Source: Eledone cirrhosa (lineage: Eukaryota). From it: a DNA stretch of 64,000 bases. Shown piece by piece: positions 13,035-26,100 of this stretch. Within the stretch, counting starts at the first letter, position 1; each line of letters begins with the position of its first letter. The position numbers and the translations under genes were made by a program. The notes beneath the pieces are model-generated. The model saw nothing but the letters and a program-made list of their open reading frames with translations, was not told where the DNA came from and searched no databases. The DNA lies in the NCBI GenBank assembly GCA_964016885.1, contig OZ024749.1:19282001-19346000 (forward strand), written 5' to 3'.

Positions 13035-13507
13035 GTATGTATATAATATATATAGGCTGGATTGCTTGGAAGATACAGACGTGCATTTCTTCATCTCTTA
13101 GAAATCGAAATTTAAATCGACAAGACTGTTGAATTTTTACTTGAGTTAATTCATTACCTTGATCAACAACCTTTGTAAAAGATAAGTACATATATTTAGA
13201 TGTGATTATTATTTTGATTTTCTCGTTTTAAGCGGTTTATTTTTGGTCTCTTAGATAATTTTGTTTCTCTTACTCCAATGAGACATGTGTTTTGTCATAA
13301 CAGAATATAGAAAGCTAGTTAAGTAATTTAATTTAATTTTAATTTTATTTTTATTTTTAATTTTGTGAGTATATATATATTTTTTATTGTTTCTTGTTTT
13401 ATTATATCGATATTATGATAATTATTTGGATTACATATACATTATGTATACGTTACCCGTTATTTTAAATTGAAAGTATATATGTGAAATTGCTCCCCTT
13501 TTTTCAG

Positions 13508-13544
13508 GTAGCAACAGTTCACGCGTGAGGACCCCAGCAAAACT
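13508..13544 (+). CDS. CLIP4: CLIP3/4-like 37-nt micro-exon
   Basis: ttttttcag|GT...CT|gtaagt; SNSSRVRTPAKL; needed to bridge phase 1 (12508) to phase 2 (13894). Confidence 0.75.
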
Positions 13545-13893
13545 GTAAGTAGAACTATATAAATATATATAGGTGTCACTAGTATTGTGGCTAGGGGTCT
13601 CAGGTGGGTCCTGGGAATAGCCAGGTCAAAGGCGGGGCCCAGTTTGTATGGGCCTGGGAGGAGGGCAAGGGGGCATTCTAGTTAATCCAACTTCCAGTTT
13701 TTTGTTATTTTTTTCCATTACATGTACACTACATGTGTGTATATGTTAAATGTATGTCTATATGTATACACATATACATGATATGACATATTTATACATA
13801 TATCATATGTGTGTGTGTGTGTGTGTGTGTATATAGCTACATGTGATGATGATCAAGACCTTTTATTGTTTTATTTCTTTGTTTTTATTGCAG

Positions 13894-13991
13894 TGCTAAA
13901 AATAACAATCCAAAGATTGCCCGTACCCCTGGCGCCAGTTCAGACTTGAAACTTGAGATTGGTATGGGCGTCTTTTGTAACAATGAGTTAG
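13894..13991 (+). CDS. CLIP4: CLIP3/4-like exon, start of last CAP-Gly domain
   Basis: polypyrimidine cag|T...G|gtgagt; AKNNNPKIARTPGASSDLKLEIGMGVFCNNELG. Confidence 0.85.
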
Positions 13992-14144
13992 GTGAGTTAT
14001 CTGGACACTTTTTCTCTTTTTAATTTAATGACACCTCTGAAGGGCCTCTCTCTCTCTGTCTCTCTGTTTATTTCTTTCTTTCTCTCTCTCTCTATCTCTC
14101 CACCTATAATTTTTTTTTCTTTAAACCTTTCTCTTGTCTTGCAG

Positions 14145-14395
14145 GTGTTATCCGCTACATTGGACCTGTAGATTTTGCAGAGGGCATCTGGATCGGTGTG
14201 GAACTGCGCACTGCAAAGGGCAAGAACGACGGATCTGTGAATAACAAACGTTACTTCCTGTGTAAGGTCAACCATGGGATGTTAGTACGCCCGAACAAAA
14301 TCACTGTACGGGGCATCAACGGAGCAAAGTTGATGGGCGGAGATAACTATGGGGAGAAGGAGAACAACTTAAACGGAGAGATGAAGAATAAATAG
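14145..14395 (+). CDS. CLIP4: CLIP3/4-like terminal coding exon with final CAP-Gly domain and stop
   Basis: [62 protein letters not shown]...K*; the RGING.KL tail after the last CAP-Gly is what I recall for the CLIP4 C-terminus. Confidence 0.9.
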
Positions 14396-15603
14396 TCCAG
14401 ACCAAACTGGTTTGGGCTATATTGAACTGGACTGGACCAAACCAGACCACTGAAACAACAACTAAAAAAATAATAATAATGACACACAAGTTGTGTTGCT
14501 TGGTTTATTTTTTTTTTTTCGTGCTACATCACTGCTTAATATTAGTAATATTAATAAAGATAACAATAACAGACCAAAGAATATTGCTATCGTGACTGGT
14601 CACTACTATGCAGCCAGGAACTGCAAGCAGGACATACAACACAGAGATACAGCGGGAGACAGGAGCTCCTGTCATTTGTTTTGTCTCAAACAAGGCAAAG
14701 ACAAGACAAACAAGACAGAAAAGAGCAAAATCTGAACACACTGCAGAAACTGGCTGCCTCCTCCTCCTCCTCCTCCACTACTCTCTTCGGTCACAATCTT
14801 CCATTTTTTTTTTCTTCAACACCACTTCGAACACAAACACTATCAATACCAGCACCATCAATACCAACACCGTCAATGCCAACACAGTCAATACCCAAAC
14901 ACCACTAACTTCACAAATCCTACCCCATTCCACCCAACCCAACATACCACCACTTTTTCTCTTTTTTTTTTATTTTTTGTTTTTTTTTTGTTTTCCAGAA
15001 AAAATTATCTCTCCCCCCCCCCCCCCCCCCCCAGCCCCACCCTTTTTGAAAAAAAAATTTTTAAATAATGTTTTTTTTTATTTCCATTTCAAAAATATAT
15101 ATTTTTGGTAACTAATCTGTGTCGACCTTTTTTAAATTATGTTGTTTTTCATGTATTTTTTTTTTTCGGCATTTGATATTTAAGCATTTAGATTTTTTTT
15201 TCATATTTTCTTAGATATATATCATCATCATCATCATCATCATCGTTTAACGTCTATCTTCTATGCGTACGTATACATATATATATAAATATATATGTAT
15301 ATATATATGAAAAAATGCAGGACTCCAACGGTTGAGCTCTGGCCAGTTCAACAGCTGTTAAAATGGCTGGAGCTCAGTCGTCGGGGTCCTGAACTTTTTC
15401 ATATTACCCACCCAACTACCCCTAGTATTGAGTACTCTTGTGAGTAATGGTCTAACTGGTTTTTACTGCCTCCAATCTGATGTGTATATATATATGGTAT
15501 AGTATAGTATGTCCCATAACTCCTTATTGAGTCATAGGGGTTCTGTATTGACATATGATGTTTTGGGGGCATTTTAAGCCTGGCAGAGCCCATCCCTCTC
15601 CAG

Positions 15604-15657
<54 letters not shown>

Positions 15658-15660
15658 TAA

Positions 15661-16205
15661 CTAGCAGTGGTACTCGGCGTTGCATGGGATAAGGTATTTT
15701 GGAACGCGGGCCGCCAACAATCATCATCGTGGAAAAACTGCATGCCTGGACAATATGTAAAGAATGTAAAGAAAATAAACCGAATATTCTGATGGCTGGA
15801 TAATCCTCGATGAAGCAGGAAAAATGCAGGTTTTCACCTAATGCGGGCCCTAGGGGATCAAGAAAATGAATTTTTTTTATGTGCATAATATGCCTTGAAA
15901 TTTCGAGAAAGCTGAAAAAATGAAGTTTTTCACCTAATGTGGGCCCTAGGCCATAAAAAAGTTAGATTTTCTTTGCTCACGGTATGAAGAAGAGACTGAC
16001 TAATACATAGTTACAATTTCAAGGAAATGGGTCTGACGTAATGCCTCAAAAAACCCCTAAAAAGCCGAAAAAAATGCAGTTTTTCACCTAATGCTGGTCG
16101 AGTTTGTATCTTCCTTTATACCTACTCTGCTTCTTCCCATGCATAAAATATTTCTCTGATTTTGGTCTCCCCAGTCTCGACACTGCAGACTTATATATAT
16201 ATAGA
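15661..16205 (-). mobile_element. Non-autonomous Helitron-like element
   Basis: Minus strand starts A|TCTATATATAT and ends with a GC-rich hairpin (cccatgcaacgccgag) then CTAG|T; internal repeated ttttcacctaatg..gg motifs. Confidence 0.6.
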
Positions 16206-16508
16206 TATATATATATATATAGATATATATATATATGGGTGTGTGTATGTATACACTCTGTAAATTGATTGGTGTTAGGAATGGCATCCAGCCATAAAAA
16301 GCATGTTTAAAAAAAGCTAAAGAGGACTCTTCAGTGATGTCAAGGACATGATGGCCTCTCTAGCTCTGATGCCTCAATAAAATGCTCCCTGTACACTCTA
16401 CAAAGTGGTTTGCTAGGAAGAGCATCCATTCATAGAAAGCTTATCAAATTGGAAGTTATTTCATTGAGACTTACTCACCTGACCCAACTCTGAGGATCAT
16501 AGCGCTGT

Positions 16509-16737
16509 TTAACCCTCTAACATTTAAACCAGCCGTATCCATCCAGAATTCTCTCCCATCTTTCTGTTGAAACTGCCCATAACTGGCTGCTCATACTTAT
16601 GTTAAGGTATTGTTCTTAAGATAAATAGCATCAAAATCTCATAGATACAGTATTATGTGAGATATTTATGTGAAATAAAGTGTTTACCGTGAATACACAA
16701 TAGTGAATATAGAGTAATGTAAATGGTAAAGGGTTAA
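16509..16737. mobile_element. piggyBac-type MITE (other copies about 1011-1214, 21611-21817, 22360-22566, 57711-57923)
   Basis: TTAA-CCCT...AGGG-TTAA termini; conserved internal gttaaggtattgttctcaa...aaaatctcatagatt. Confidence 0.8.
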
Positions 16738-17089
16738 GTCATGGTCTAACCAATGCTAACACAGTAAAAGAGAGGTAAAATGCTGTTGATATATTTATGT
16801 GGGTGTGTGTATGTGTGTTTGTGTCTGTATCTGTCTGTCCTTGAGTGTTCATGTGTTTGTTTCTGTTTGCGTATGTTCATGCATGTCAATGTTTGTGTCT
16901 GTGTTTGCATGTATGTGTGTGTGTCTGTGTGTCTGCAAGTGTATGTGCATGTAAAACTATTAGGAAGGTTAGAATCAACTCTGTTAAATCAAATATTATA
17001 TTGACATAGAGGGCGCTAGTGTCAGCACAAACAGCCGAGCACCAAACTAGATTATTTACAACATATTGTTTCATTCATCTATCCTTCCT

Positions 17090-17134
<45 letters not shown>

Positions 17135-17264
17135 ATATTGAAACTCCAGTTGATACCTTACTGAGAAAATCCTAAGGAATACAAATCGTAGAGTGCTTTT
17201 TGTCTGTTTACAAAAACAGTTGGATTATATGGTCAACTAACTTTCATTAATTGAATAATATCTA

Positions 17265-17316
<52 letters not shown>

Positions 17317-17745
17317 TACGAGGTCGTGTAAGTGCCACAACAAAAAAAACACACACAGTCCATGCTGTAATGTGGTTGTGTAGGTAACACGCTAAAAAGC
17401 TCCCAGTTCCACACTGTAAATGTGATTGGTGTTAGGAAGGGCATCCAACCCAGCCGTAGAAAACCTGCCAGATAGTCCTATACGAGCGAGACATGGTCAC
17501 CCGACCAAACTTGCCTCAAGTGGGACAATTCCTGTCCAACCCATGCTAGCGTGGAAGATGGGTGTTAAACGAAGATGGTGATGATGATGATGATATATAT
17601 ATATATAGGGAGTGTAAAGTGCTGTTACTGTAGGTTTACCCAAGTGAGCACTCAATGCGTAGTTTCCCATCTGTAACGAGGTGTAGAGCTAAACAGAGTG
17701 TAAATATAATTGTAAAAGGACGAATTGTTATGCCTAACTCAGCAG

Positions 17746-17821
17746 AGGTCTGACTAGCTTTTCATTCCAGATCGATACAGATCGAACCTTGAGTTGATCA
17801 ATAGCGAAACACGTGTAACTA
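17746..17821 (+). ncRNA. Degenerate hammerhead-like motif with long stem II
   Basis: GGT-CTGACTA-GCT...AGC-GAAA-CACGTG-TA-ACT, then aataaa; host insert about 17607-17866 lies between (TA)n tracts. Confidence 0.45.
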
Positions 17822-17945
17822 TTCAATAAACATAATGAAGGCATAATAATTCATCTTTTTACTATTATATATATATATATAACTTTGATAGATTTTGGCC
17901 AGTATTGGCTGAGGCCATGTCTAACTTAATAGCGCCACCTGCTGG

Positions 17946-17995
<50 letters not shown>

Positions 17996-19452
17996 CAGAG
18001 TGCTATTTATTTCTCTATCTATCTATCCCTCTCTTTATCTCTCCCTTAGTTAAATACTACTGAGTCAATTTTTTTTGTTTTACCTTTCTCCCTTCCAAAA
18101 AGAGGCACCCAGGTAAAGTACCAGTAATATATTGAGGAAGAAGTTGAAAAGAAATCACATTTCTGGACACCATTTAGGTTTATGGTGAATGTAGTTGGAT
18201 GTCACACACTCACATGCGCACACACACACACATGACTCACACTCTCACTTTTTCACACACATAAATATATGCACCCACACCTATGCACTATTGTGATAAA
18301 GTAATATCTATTTTTTTTTCTCCATATTTTACAAAAAAAAAAAAAAGAAAATTAAACAAAAAAAAGACTAAAAGCATTGTGATAATGATATTATTAAATG
18401 TAACTTTTTTTTAAATTGTAAATTTAAAAACATGGATTTTTTTTTTTTTGTATTTTTTTTTTACTAAGTTTGCAAACTTGTTTCATTTTCATTTTTTACT
18501 ATTACTGATAATACTTGTTTCTACTTTTGGCACAAGGCCAGCAATTATTCCAGCCCATTACTGGTACTTTATTTTATCGACCCCCGTAAGGATGAATGGC
18601 AAAGCTAACCTCAGCAGGATTTGAACTAATGGATTGGCAGTATTGGTAGAACGTCGGACATCATGCTTTGCCACACAGATTTATGGCCCTTTGCGTTCTG
18701 TGTTCAAATCCTGCTGAAGTTAGCTAACTTTGCCTTTCATCCTTATCGGCTTGATAAAATAAAGCACCAGTAATGCACTGGGGTCAATTTTAATCGACTT
18801 TCCCTTCCCCTTCAAATTGCTGGCCTTGTGCCTAAAGTAGAAACAATTATTATTATTATTATAAAGAGTAAAGCAAGATGCCCTTAAGTCATGAATGACC
18901 ATGGGTTTTGCTCCTAGAAAATTCCTCTCTTTGTGAAAGACCATCAGTTGCCCATACATACCGGTCTCCCCTCTCCGTGCCACCAATGTTGTCCAAAGGA
19001 AAGGCAATGGCTGATACAGATTGGCACCAGTGACATCACAACTCATATATATATATATACGCTATGCATATTTTATATATACACTATATATACATTATAT
19101 ATGATGTTGTCGAAGGGTAAGGCAAAAGCTAATGCAGCTTGGTACCAGTAATGTCACAGCTCATTTTTACAGCTGACTGAACTGGAACAACGTGAAATAA
19201 AGTGTCTTACTGAAGAACTCAATGCTCTGCCTGGTCAGGGAATCAAACTCACAATCTCGCAATTGTGAATCCAACTTTCTAACCACAAAACCACAAGCCT
19301 TCAGTAACAATAAGAATAACAACAATGGTTTTTCATTTAGGTACGATAAAATAAAGTACCGGTCAAGTAGTGGGGTTGATATAAGCAACTTTCCTTTCTT
19401 GCAGTTTGCTGGCTTTGTGCCAATGCTAGAAAGAATTATTATTATCATGAAT

Positions 19453-20282
19453 CGGCAGTGGATTGGCAGTATCGGTAGAGGGACGGACGCCATGCTTTCC
19501 AGCATAGTTACGTCCCTTTACGATCTGAGTTCAAATCCCGCCGAGGTTGACTTTGCCTTTCATCCTTACGGGGTCGATAAAATAAAGTACCAGTAATGCA
19601 CTGGGTAATTGCTGGCCTTGTGCCTAACGTAGAAACAATTATTAAGGGCGGTGGATTGGTTGTATCGGTAGAGCGTCAGACACCATGCTTTGCGGCTGTT
19701 CTGAGTTTGAATCCGGTCGAGGTTAGCTTTGCCTTTCATCTTTACGGAGTCAATAAAATAAAGTACCAGTAATGCACTGGGGTCGATTTAATTGGCTTCC
19801 CCTCCTCTTAAAATTTCTGGCCTTGTGCCTAAAGTAAAAACAATTATTATTATTATTAAAAGGCAGTGGATTAGCAGTATTGGTAGCGCATCAGACAACA
19901 CACTTAGTGACATAGAGTTACGGCCCTTTACGTTCTAAGTTCAAATCCTGCCGAAGTGAGCTTTTCCTTTCATCCTTACGGGGATGATAAAATAAAGTAC
20001 CAGTAATGCACTGGGGTCAATTTAATCGACTTTTCCCTCCCCTTAAAGTTGCTGGCCTTGTACCTAAAGTAGAAACAATTATTAAGCGGTAATTTTGGCA
20101 GAATTATTAGAGCGTCAGATACCATGCTTTGCAGCATAGTTATGGCCCTTTACGTTCTGAGTTTTCAAAATCCCACCGAGGTTAACTTTGCCATTCATCC
20201 TTACAGTGTCATTAAAATAAAGTACCAGTAATGTACTGAGATCATTGCTGGCCTTGTGCCAAAAGTAGAAACAATTATTAAT
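19453..20282 (+). mobile_element. Four head-to-tail tRNA-derived SINEs (family also at about 1279-1480, 12190-12340, 18513-18862, 24890-25365, 27587-27756, 27927-28120, 29200-29370, 62279-62905)
   Basis: A-box-like tggcagtatcgg, B box gttcaaatcc, core ctttgcctttcatccttacggggtcgataaaataaagtaccag, (ATT)n tail. Confidence 0.9.
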
Positions 20283-20720
20283 ATCATCATCATCACTTAA
20301 TACTACATTGGTGAAATTCTTTCAAAATTTGTTTTCTTGCAATTAAATGAAACGTTTGTGGGGGGTCTCCTTTTTTTTTTTTTTCAATTTTTTTTGTTTT
20401 GTTTACATTCTACTGGAAAAACATAAAAATGACTTTATAAGTGAGAGCTGTCAACTGTCTAAAACCAATACAAAAAGTAAATAAATAAATAAAATTAAAT
20501 TAAATATTTTCAAAGGTGATGCCCCAGCAAGGCCACTCTCTAAAGACTGAAACCAGTAAAAAACAGTGTGTGTGTATATATATATCATGTTTAATATAGA
20601 AATGGCTTCTACAGGACTAGAACTGTTTCACCCAAAAGAAATCATCCTGCAGAAGCCATTTCTATATTAAATAATGTTTATACTCTACTAATGTATTGAG
20701 TTACTGTGGTTACCCGAGAG

Positions 20721-20758
<38 letters not shown>

Positions 20759-20759
<1 letters not shown>

Positions 20760-21365
20760 TCAATATATTAATAAATGGAAACTATATTTATAAAACCATA
20801 ATTATTTTATTATATATATTGTAGGTAACAGGGTAAAAACCTCCCAGTCCCACACTGTAAATGTGGTTGGTGTTAGGAAGGGCATCGAGCCGTAGAAAAC
20901 CCACCAGACAGTCCTATGCGAGCAAGACAACCACTCTTGCCTCAAGTGGGGAAACTCCCGTCCAAACCCATGCAAGCGTGGAATATGGACATTAAACGAT
21001 GATGATGATGATGATTTTAAGGGCAACCAAGCCATCTTGGTGCGCTTTCATCAGATAAAATACAAAATTTGTTTTATAAATAGTGACATAACCTTGACGG
21101 TTGAAAATTCACTGAATAGTCAAGGTTGTTTTACGTGGTTATGTCACTATTTATAAAACAAATTTTGTATTTTATCTGATGAAATCGCACCAAGATTGGC
21201 TTGGTTGCCCTTGAAATATATATAATAAAATAATTATGGTTTTATAAATATAGTTTCCATTTATTAATGTATTGAATATTTACTCCAGTAATCTGTTGAG
21301 TGCTCTATATCAGTTATAAACTTTTAAGTTTGTTGGAATCCCAACAAATTAAATATAACTTCTGC
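20759..21365. mobile_element. Fold-back PLE-derived element interrupted by an RTE-tailed SINE (about 20820-21014)
   Basis: Left arm 20759-20820 plus 21015-21093 pairs with 21137-21277; same family as 38053-38461. Confidence 0.8.
21168..21232 (+). ncRNA. Type I hammerhead ribozyme, same family as 38370
   Basis: TATTTTAT-CTGATGA-[aatcgcaccaagattggcttggttgccctt]-GAAA-TATATA-TA-ATAAAATA; perfect 8-bp stem I. Confidence 0.75.
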
Positions 21366-21821
21366 ATATATTAAATATAACTTCTATGTAAGTTGTTAGA
21401 ATTAAGATGAGTTGGTTAATGTACTGGACATTTAATGGTCATTATATTCAAATGTGCGTGTTCCTTTCAAAACTCTTGTCTCTGTTTCTATATGTTCCAA
21501 CTATCAACCATTAAAGCACCCTCGACTCCACCTATCTTGTCTACCCAGCGTTCAACATATTCCTTGAACAAGGGAGATAACTGTGCTCTTTCAAGTTCAG
21601 CTGCTTAACATTAACCCTTTAGCATTCACATTACTTTATATATATACTATTATATTTTCATGGTAAAAGCTTTATCTCACATAATATCGAATCTATGAGA
21701 TTTTGAAAGTATTTATTTTGAGAACAATACCTTAACATCAGTTTGAGTGACCAGTTACAGCCAGTTCCAACAGAAAATGGTAGAGAATTCTGGCCGGTTT
21801 GAACATTAAAGAGTTAATATA

Positions 21822-22042
21822 TAAGATGACCACAAAAACACTCCTTGATTTCAAATACTTATAATATGAAAACTTAAATGAATATTCTTACAATATTGGT
21901 GACTATAGTTGCATAAACTAAAAAGTGAGGAAAGAAACTTTGTTAGTTTATGCAACTATAGTCACCAATATTGTAAGAATATTCATTTAAGTTTTGATAT
22001 TATAAGTATTTGAAATCAAGGAATGTTTTTGAGGTCACCCTG
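21822..22042. mobile_element. Tc1/mariner-type fold-back MITE
   Basis: About 105-bp inverted arms around a 10-nt loop, terminus ggtcaccctg|TA. Confidence 0.75.
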
Positions 22043-22050
22043 TATATATA

Positions 22051-22591
22051 CAAGGTGGGCCGTAAGTTGTGCACCAAGTCATTATAAACAATTTAGTTTA
22101 CATGTACATTGTATTAATAACAAAAATTATATTGAAATAACAAAGATATCATTTTCATCATCCTATCATCTGTGATTTTAAGGTACTGATTGAGTCCAAT
22201 GGTTGATAGTTTGTACGACAGCTCACACTTGATCTTTCCTTTACCTACGTTTTGTCTTGGAAGAACGGGACGATCCACAACACAAAAAGATGATTGTAGT
22301 TAAATTAGATGTAAGAGATAATTCAGTTCTTTGTTAATACACTTAATGCATTAAGACATTTAACCCTTTAGCATTTAAACCAGCCATATTTGGCCAGAAT
22401 TCTCTCACCTCTTTCAGTTCAAACTGGCTATAACTGGCCGTTCATGTTTATGTTAAGGTATTATTCTCAAAATAAATAATATTAAAATCTCATAGATTTG
22501 ATATTATGTGAGGTAAAGCCTTTACTGTGAAAATACAATAGTAAATATAAAGTAATGTAAATGCTTTGGTGCACGACTTAAGACTCACCTG
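22051..22591. mobile_element. Tc1-like MITE containing a piggyBac-type MITE
   Basis: TIRs caaggtgggccgtaagttgtgcaccaa / ttggtgcacgacttaagactcacctg flanked by TA. Confidence 0.6.
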
Positions 22592-25131
22592 TATATATTT
22601 ATTCATACACACCCATAGATGCCAGCATTCCCCTGGTTATATATTACAAAGCTGTTTGATTTAGTGTTTATATTTTATCTCAAATATCTTCCATCATTTT
22701 ATGTAAGAACCTTTAAGTTGAGAAAGTTCTTTTACTAAATCCCTCCAAATTCTTTATTTAAAAAAATATTTGAAAATCATAGGTAGTGTCTTTTATTAGA
22801 AATATGGTAACATCCAGTGTATTAATAACGAAAAAAAAAACAGTTGCATTCCCACCTAAAAAGAGAGTGGATGTTTATTTGACATATGCAAGATTATAAA
22901 AATGGATATAAATCAGTTATAAAAATACAAATAGTTATTAACTCTTCTGATATCAGACCTCATATGCTTCTATGATAAAAAGCTGTTTGTCTTAAAGTGT
23001 TCATATTTAAATTTATACCTTCCATTATAATTTTATGTGAAAACCTCTTTTAAGTCATGTTCTAAATGCCAGGCTTAATAATATAAAGTTACTTTATTAC
23101 TAAATCCCTAAACATTTTTGAATATTTTAGAAATTATTTGAAAATCTTATAAGATATCTTTCAATAGAAACATGATGGCAATAAAAAGGTTATATATAAA
23201 AAGTGTATATATTTATCTAAAAACTTTCTATCATAATCTGCATTAAGTTATGTTACCAACACTTGATTAAAAATGAAAGCGTTATATTACAAAATCCCTC
23301 AAAATTTTTGAATATTTTAGAAAGTATTTGAAAATCTTCGAAGATACCTTTCAATAAAAGGGTTAAAGTGTATATATTTATCTAAAAACTTTCTATCATA
23401 ATTTTATGTTAGAAACTTTGTTAAGTTATGTTCCCAACTCCAGCTTAAAAATGAAAAAAGTTATATTACTAAATTCCTTAAAAATTTTTTATATTTTCAA
23501 AACTATTTTTAAAATCCTCGGCAGTGTCTTTCAATTAAATATATGGTAACAAAAGAATTAATTATGCCCAAGTTGGGTGAAAGGTTAAATTGATCACAAC
23601 AACATTTGAACTTGTGAAAACTCTGAAGGAGCCACAAGTTAAAGCTCTCACTACATAGGACCAATGAGAGAGTCTCTACATGAATCCTTTGATCTGCTAG
23701 AAATAGCAGTGAAACTACTCTCCCTCAAACCACACTTTTCTATATAAAATAACAATGAAGGACACATTGGATAATGTAATCCTAGATACATTGTGTCTAG
23801 AAGAAAAATCAAACAATAAAAAAAAAAAATATGGTCATAGCTGGAGTGGCTTTGCTCATGGATCAGCTTAACCGAGACTGACCTGGGGCTAAACAACAAC
23901 TGTACCAACATCTTAATGTAGTTTGTCCAGTGCAGTGCTCTACCACTTATGTCATCCAGTAACAAACATTTATAGGGTATGACACATGACAGAAACAGCT
24001 GAGTTTATTGTGGTGCCATTTGGTTATGTCCATCCCTGTGTTCAGTCCCACTGCATGACATCTTGAGCCAGTGTCATTTATTATAATCTCTGCTCAACTC
24101 AATTTCTGTGTAGGAAATTGAGTAGATGAGATAGAAATTGTTCTGAAGCCCATCAGAGGGCAGCACCTGTATTTCAAAGCACTAGCCTTGTCACACACAG
24201 ATTCTCCCTGAGAATTACATTAAGGGTACACGTGTCTGTGGAATACTCATCCACCTACACTGTAAATACAAGATGGACTGTACCTGTAATTCAAAGGGAC
24301 AGGCTTGTCACACTGTATTATGCTGAATCTCCCTGAGAATTACATTAAGCATAGATCTTCTTGTTGGGCCCACAAGAGTGTCAGCTACAAAGCTTGGCTA
24401 GATGTGGCTTTGCCACAACTGAACACATTGCTGTCCTTTCTCATTAAACTCTGCCAAGTCCAATGCTGTGCAGGGGTGTTCCAGCAGGGGCCATATCAGG
24501 AGGTGCTGCGTAGTCTGTGGTTCAATACTGCAATCACACAGTGTCCCCATCCTTTAAATATCCCCATTTTGCCAGATTAGTTTTTGCACCAGATCTTTAT
24601 CAGTTGAGGCATTTCTACACTTTATAGTTTGTATCTGCTCCAGGGGAGCAGTGCCTCACTTGCCTTTAGTTCCATTGTTGTTACAGATTGGAGGTTGTTA
24701 AGTTTTTCTTCCTAGCGAGTGACTCTTTCACACCTTATGCTTGGTGTTCCAAGGGTTGTGACGCTTTTCAGGAAACTTTTCTATACTTGTAATTCAAAGG
24801 GCCAGGCTTGTCATACTCAGTGTCTGAATCTCCCTGAAAGTTACGTGAGTGTAGACATGTCTGTAGAGTGCTTGGCCACCTGCATGTTAAAATAAGGTAC
24901 CAGTAATACACTGGAGTAATTGCTGGCCTTGTGCCAAAAGTAGAAACAATTATTATTATTGATAATTGTATCTTCTGTTGACAGGATGAAAGGCAAAAGT
25001 TAACCCGCTGAGGTTAACTTTGCCTTTCATCCACGGGGTCGATAAAATAAAGTACCAGTAATGCACTGGGATAGATTTAATCAACTTTTCCTTCCCCCCA
25101 GAGTTGTTGGCCTTGTGCCTAAATCAGAAAC

Positions 25132-25163
<32 letters not shown>

Positions 25164-25648
25164 GGGCAGTGGGTTGGCAGTATCAGTAGAGGGTCGGACG
25201 CTATGCCTTGACACAGAGAGTTACGGCCCTTTATGGTCTGAGTTCAAATCCCGCCAAGGTTAACTTTGCCTTTCATCCTTACGGGGTCGATAAAATAAAG
25301 TACCAGTAATGCACTGGGTAATTGCTGGCCTTGTGCCGAAAGTAGAAACAATTATTATTATTATTTCTAGATGTTAAAACTTCAATGCCAAAGCTTCCTT
25401 GTCTTCCCTCACCTTGTAACATGTTATATATATATATATATATATAACATATATGTATAATATATGTAAAATATTTATCTTGTCACTGCTCTTCATCAGC
25501 TCTGTCAGGTTTTATTGTGCCTTATTCCTCTTCATGCCTCTTCCTCTTCATGCCTCTTCCTCTTCACTATTCATTTGTCTCAGTGCAGTTCTAGCTGAAC
25601 AGATCTGGAGGGCTGGGGCCATGCCTCCACTCCTCTCCATACCATGCA

Positions 25649-25930
25649 ACACTTAACACTTGAAACTGTTGGTTAAGGGTTCAATCCCACATGCTGTCCT
25701 TAATTTCCATTGGGGAACACACTTAACACTTGAAACTGTTGGTTAAGGGTTCAATCCCACATGCTGTCCTTAATTTCCATTGGGGAACACACTTAACACT
25801 TGAAACTGTTGGTTAAGGGTTCAAACCCACATGCTGTCCTTAATTTCCATTGGGGTACACACTTAACACTTGAAACTGTTGGTTAAGGGTTGAAAACCCA
25901 CATGCTGTCCCTAATTTCTATTGGGGTACA
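25649..25930 (+). repeat. 70-bp tandem repeat x4
   Basis: acttaacacttgaaactgttgg recurs at 25651, 25721, 25791, 25861. Confidence 0.95.
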
Positions 25931-25960
25931 TATATAAATGTTAATATATGCTATAAGTGA

Positions 25961-26100
25961 AGGCACGTGGCTTAGTGATTACAGAGTTGATTCACAATCG
26001 TGAGGTTGCAAGTTCAATTCTGGGACTGGGTGATGTGTTGTGTCCTTGAGCAAAGCACTTTATTTCATGTTGCTCCATCTGCCAGGAGTTGCAACTGGTC
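25961..26100 (+). mobile_element. Second tRNA-derived SINE family (copies about 19165-19300, 33720-33950, 39001-39290, 40595-40712, 54220-54322)
   Basis: gtggcttagtg.tt...gttcaattc head followed by gtgttgtgtccttgagcaa..cacttt core. Confidence 0.75.

Noticed and set aside
19453-19545. tRNA gene
   Set aside because: A/B boxes belong to SINE heads; no cloverleaf, and sequence continues into SINE core and tail
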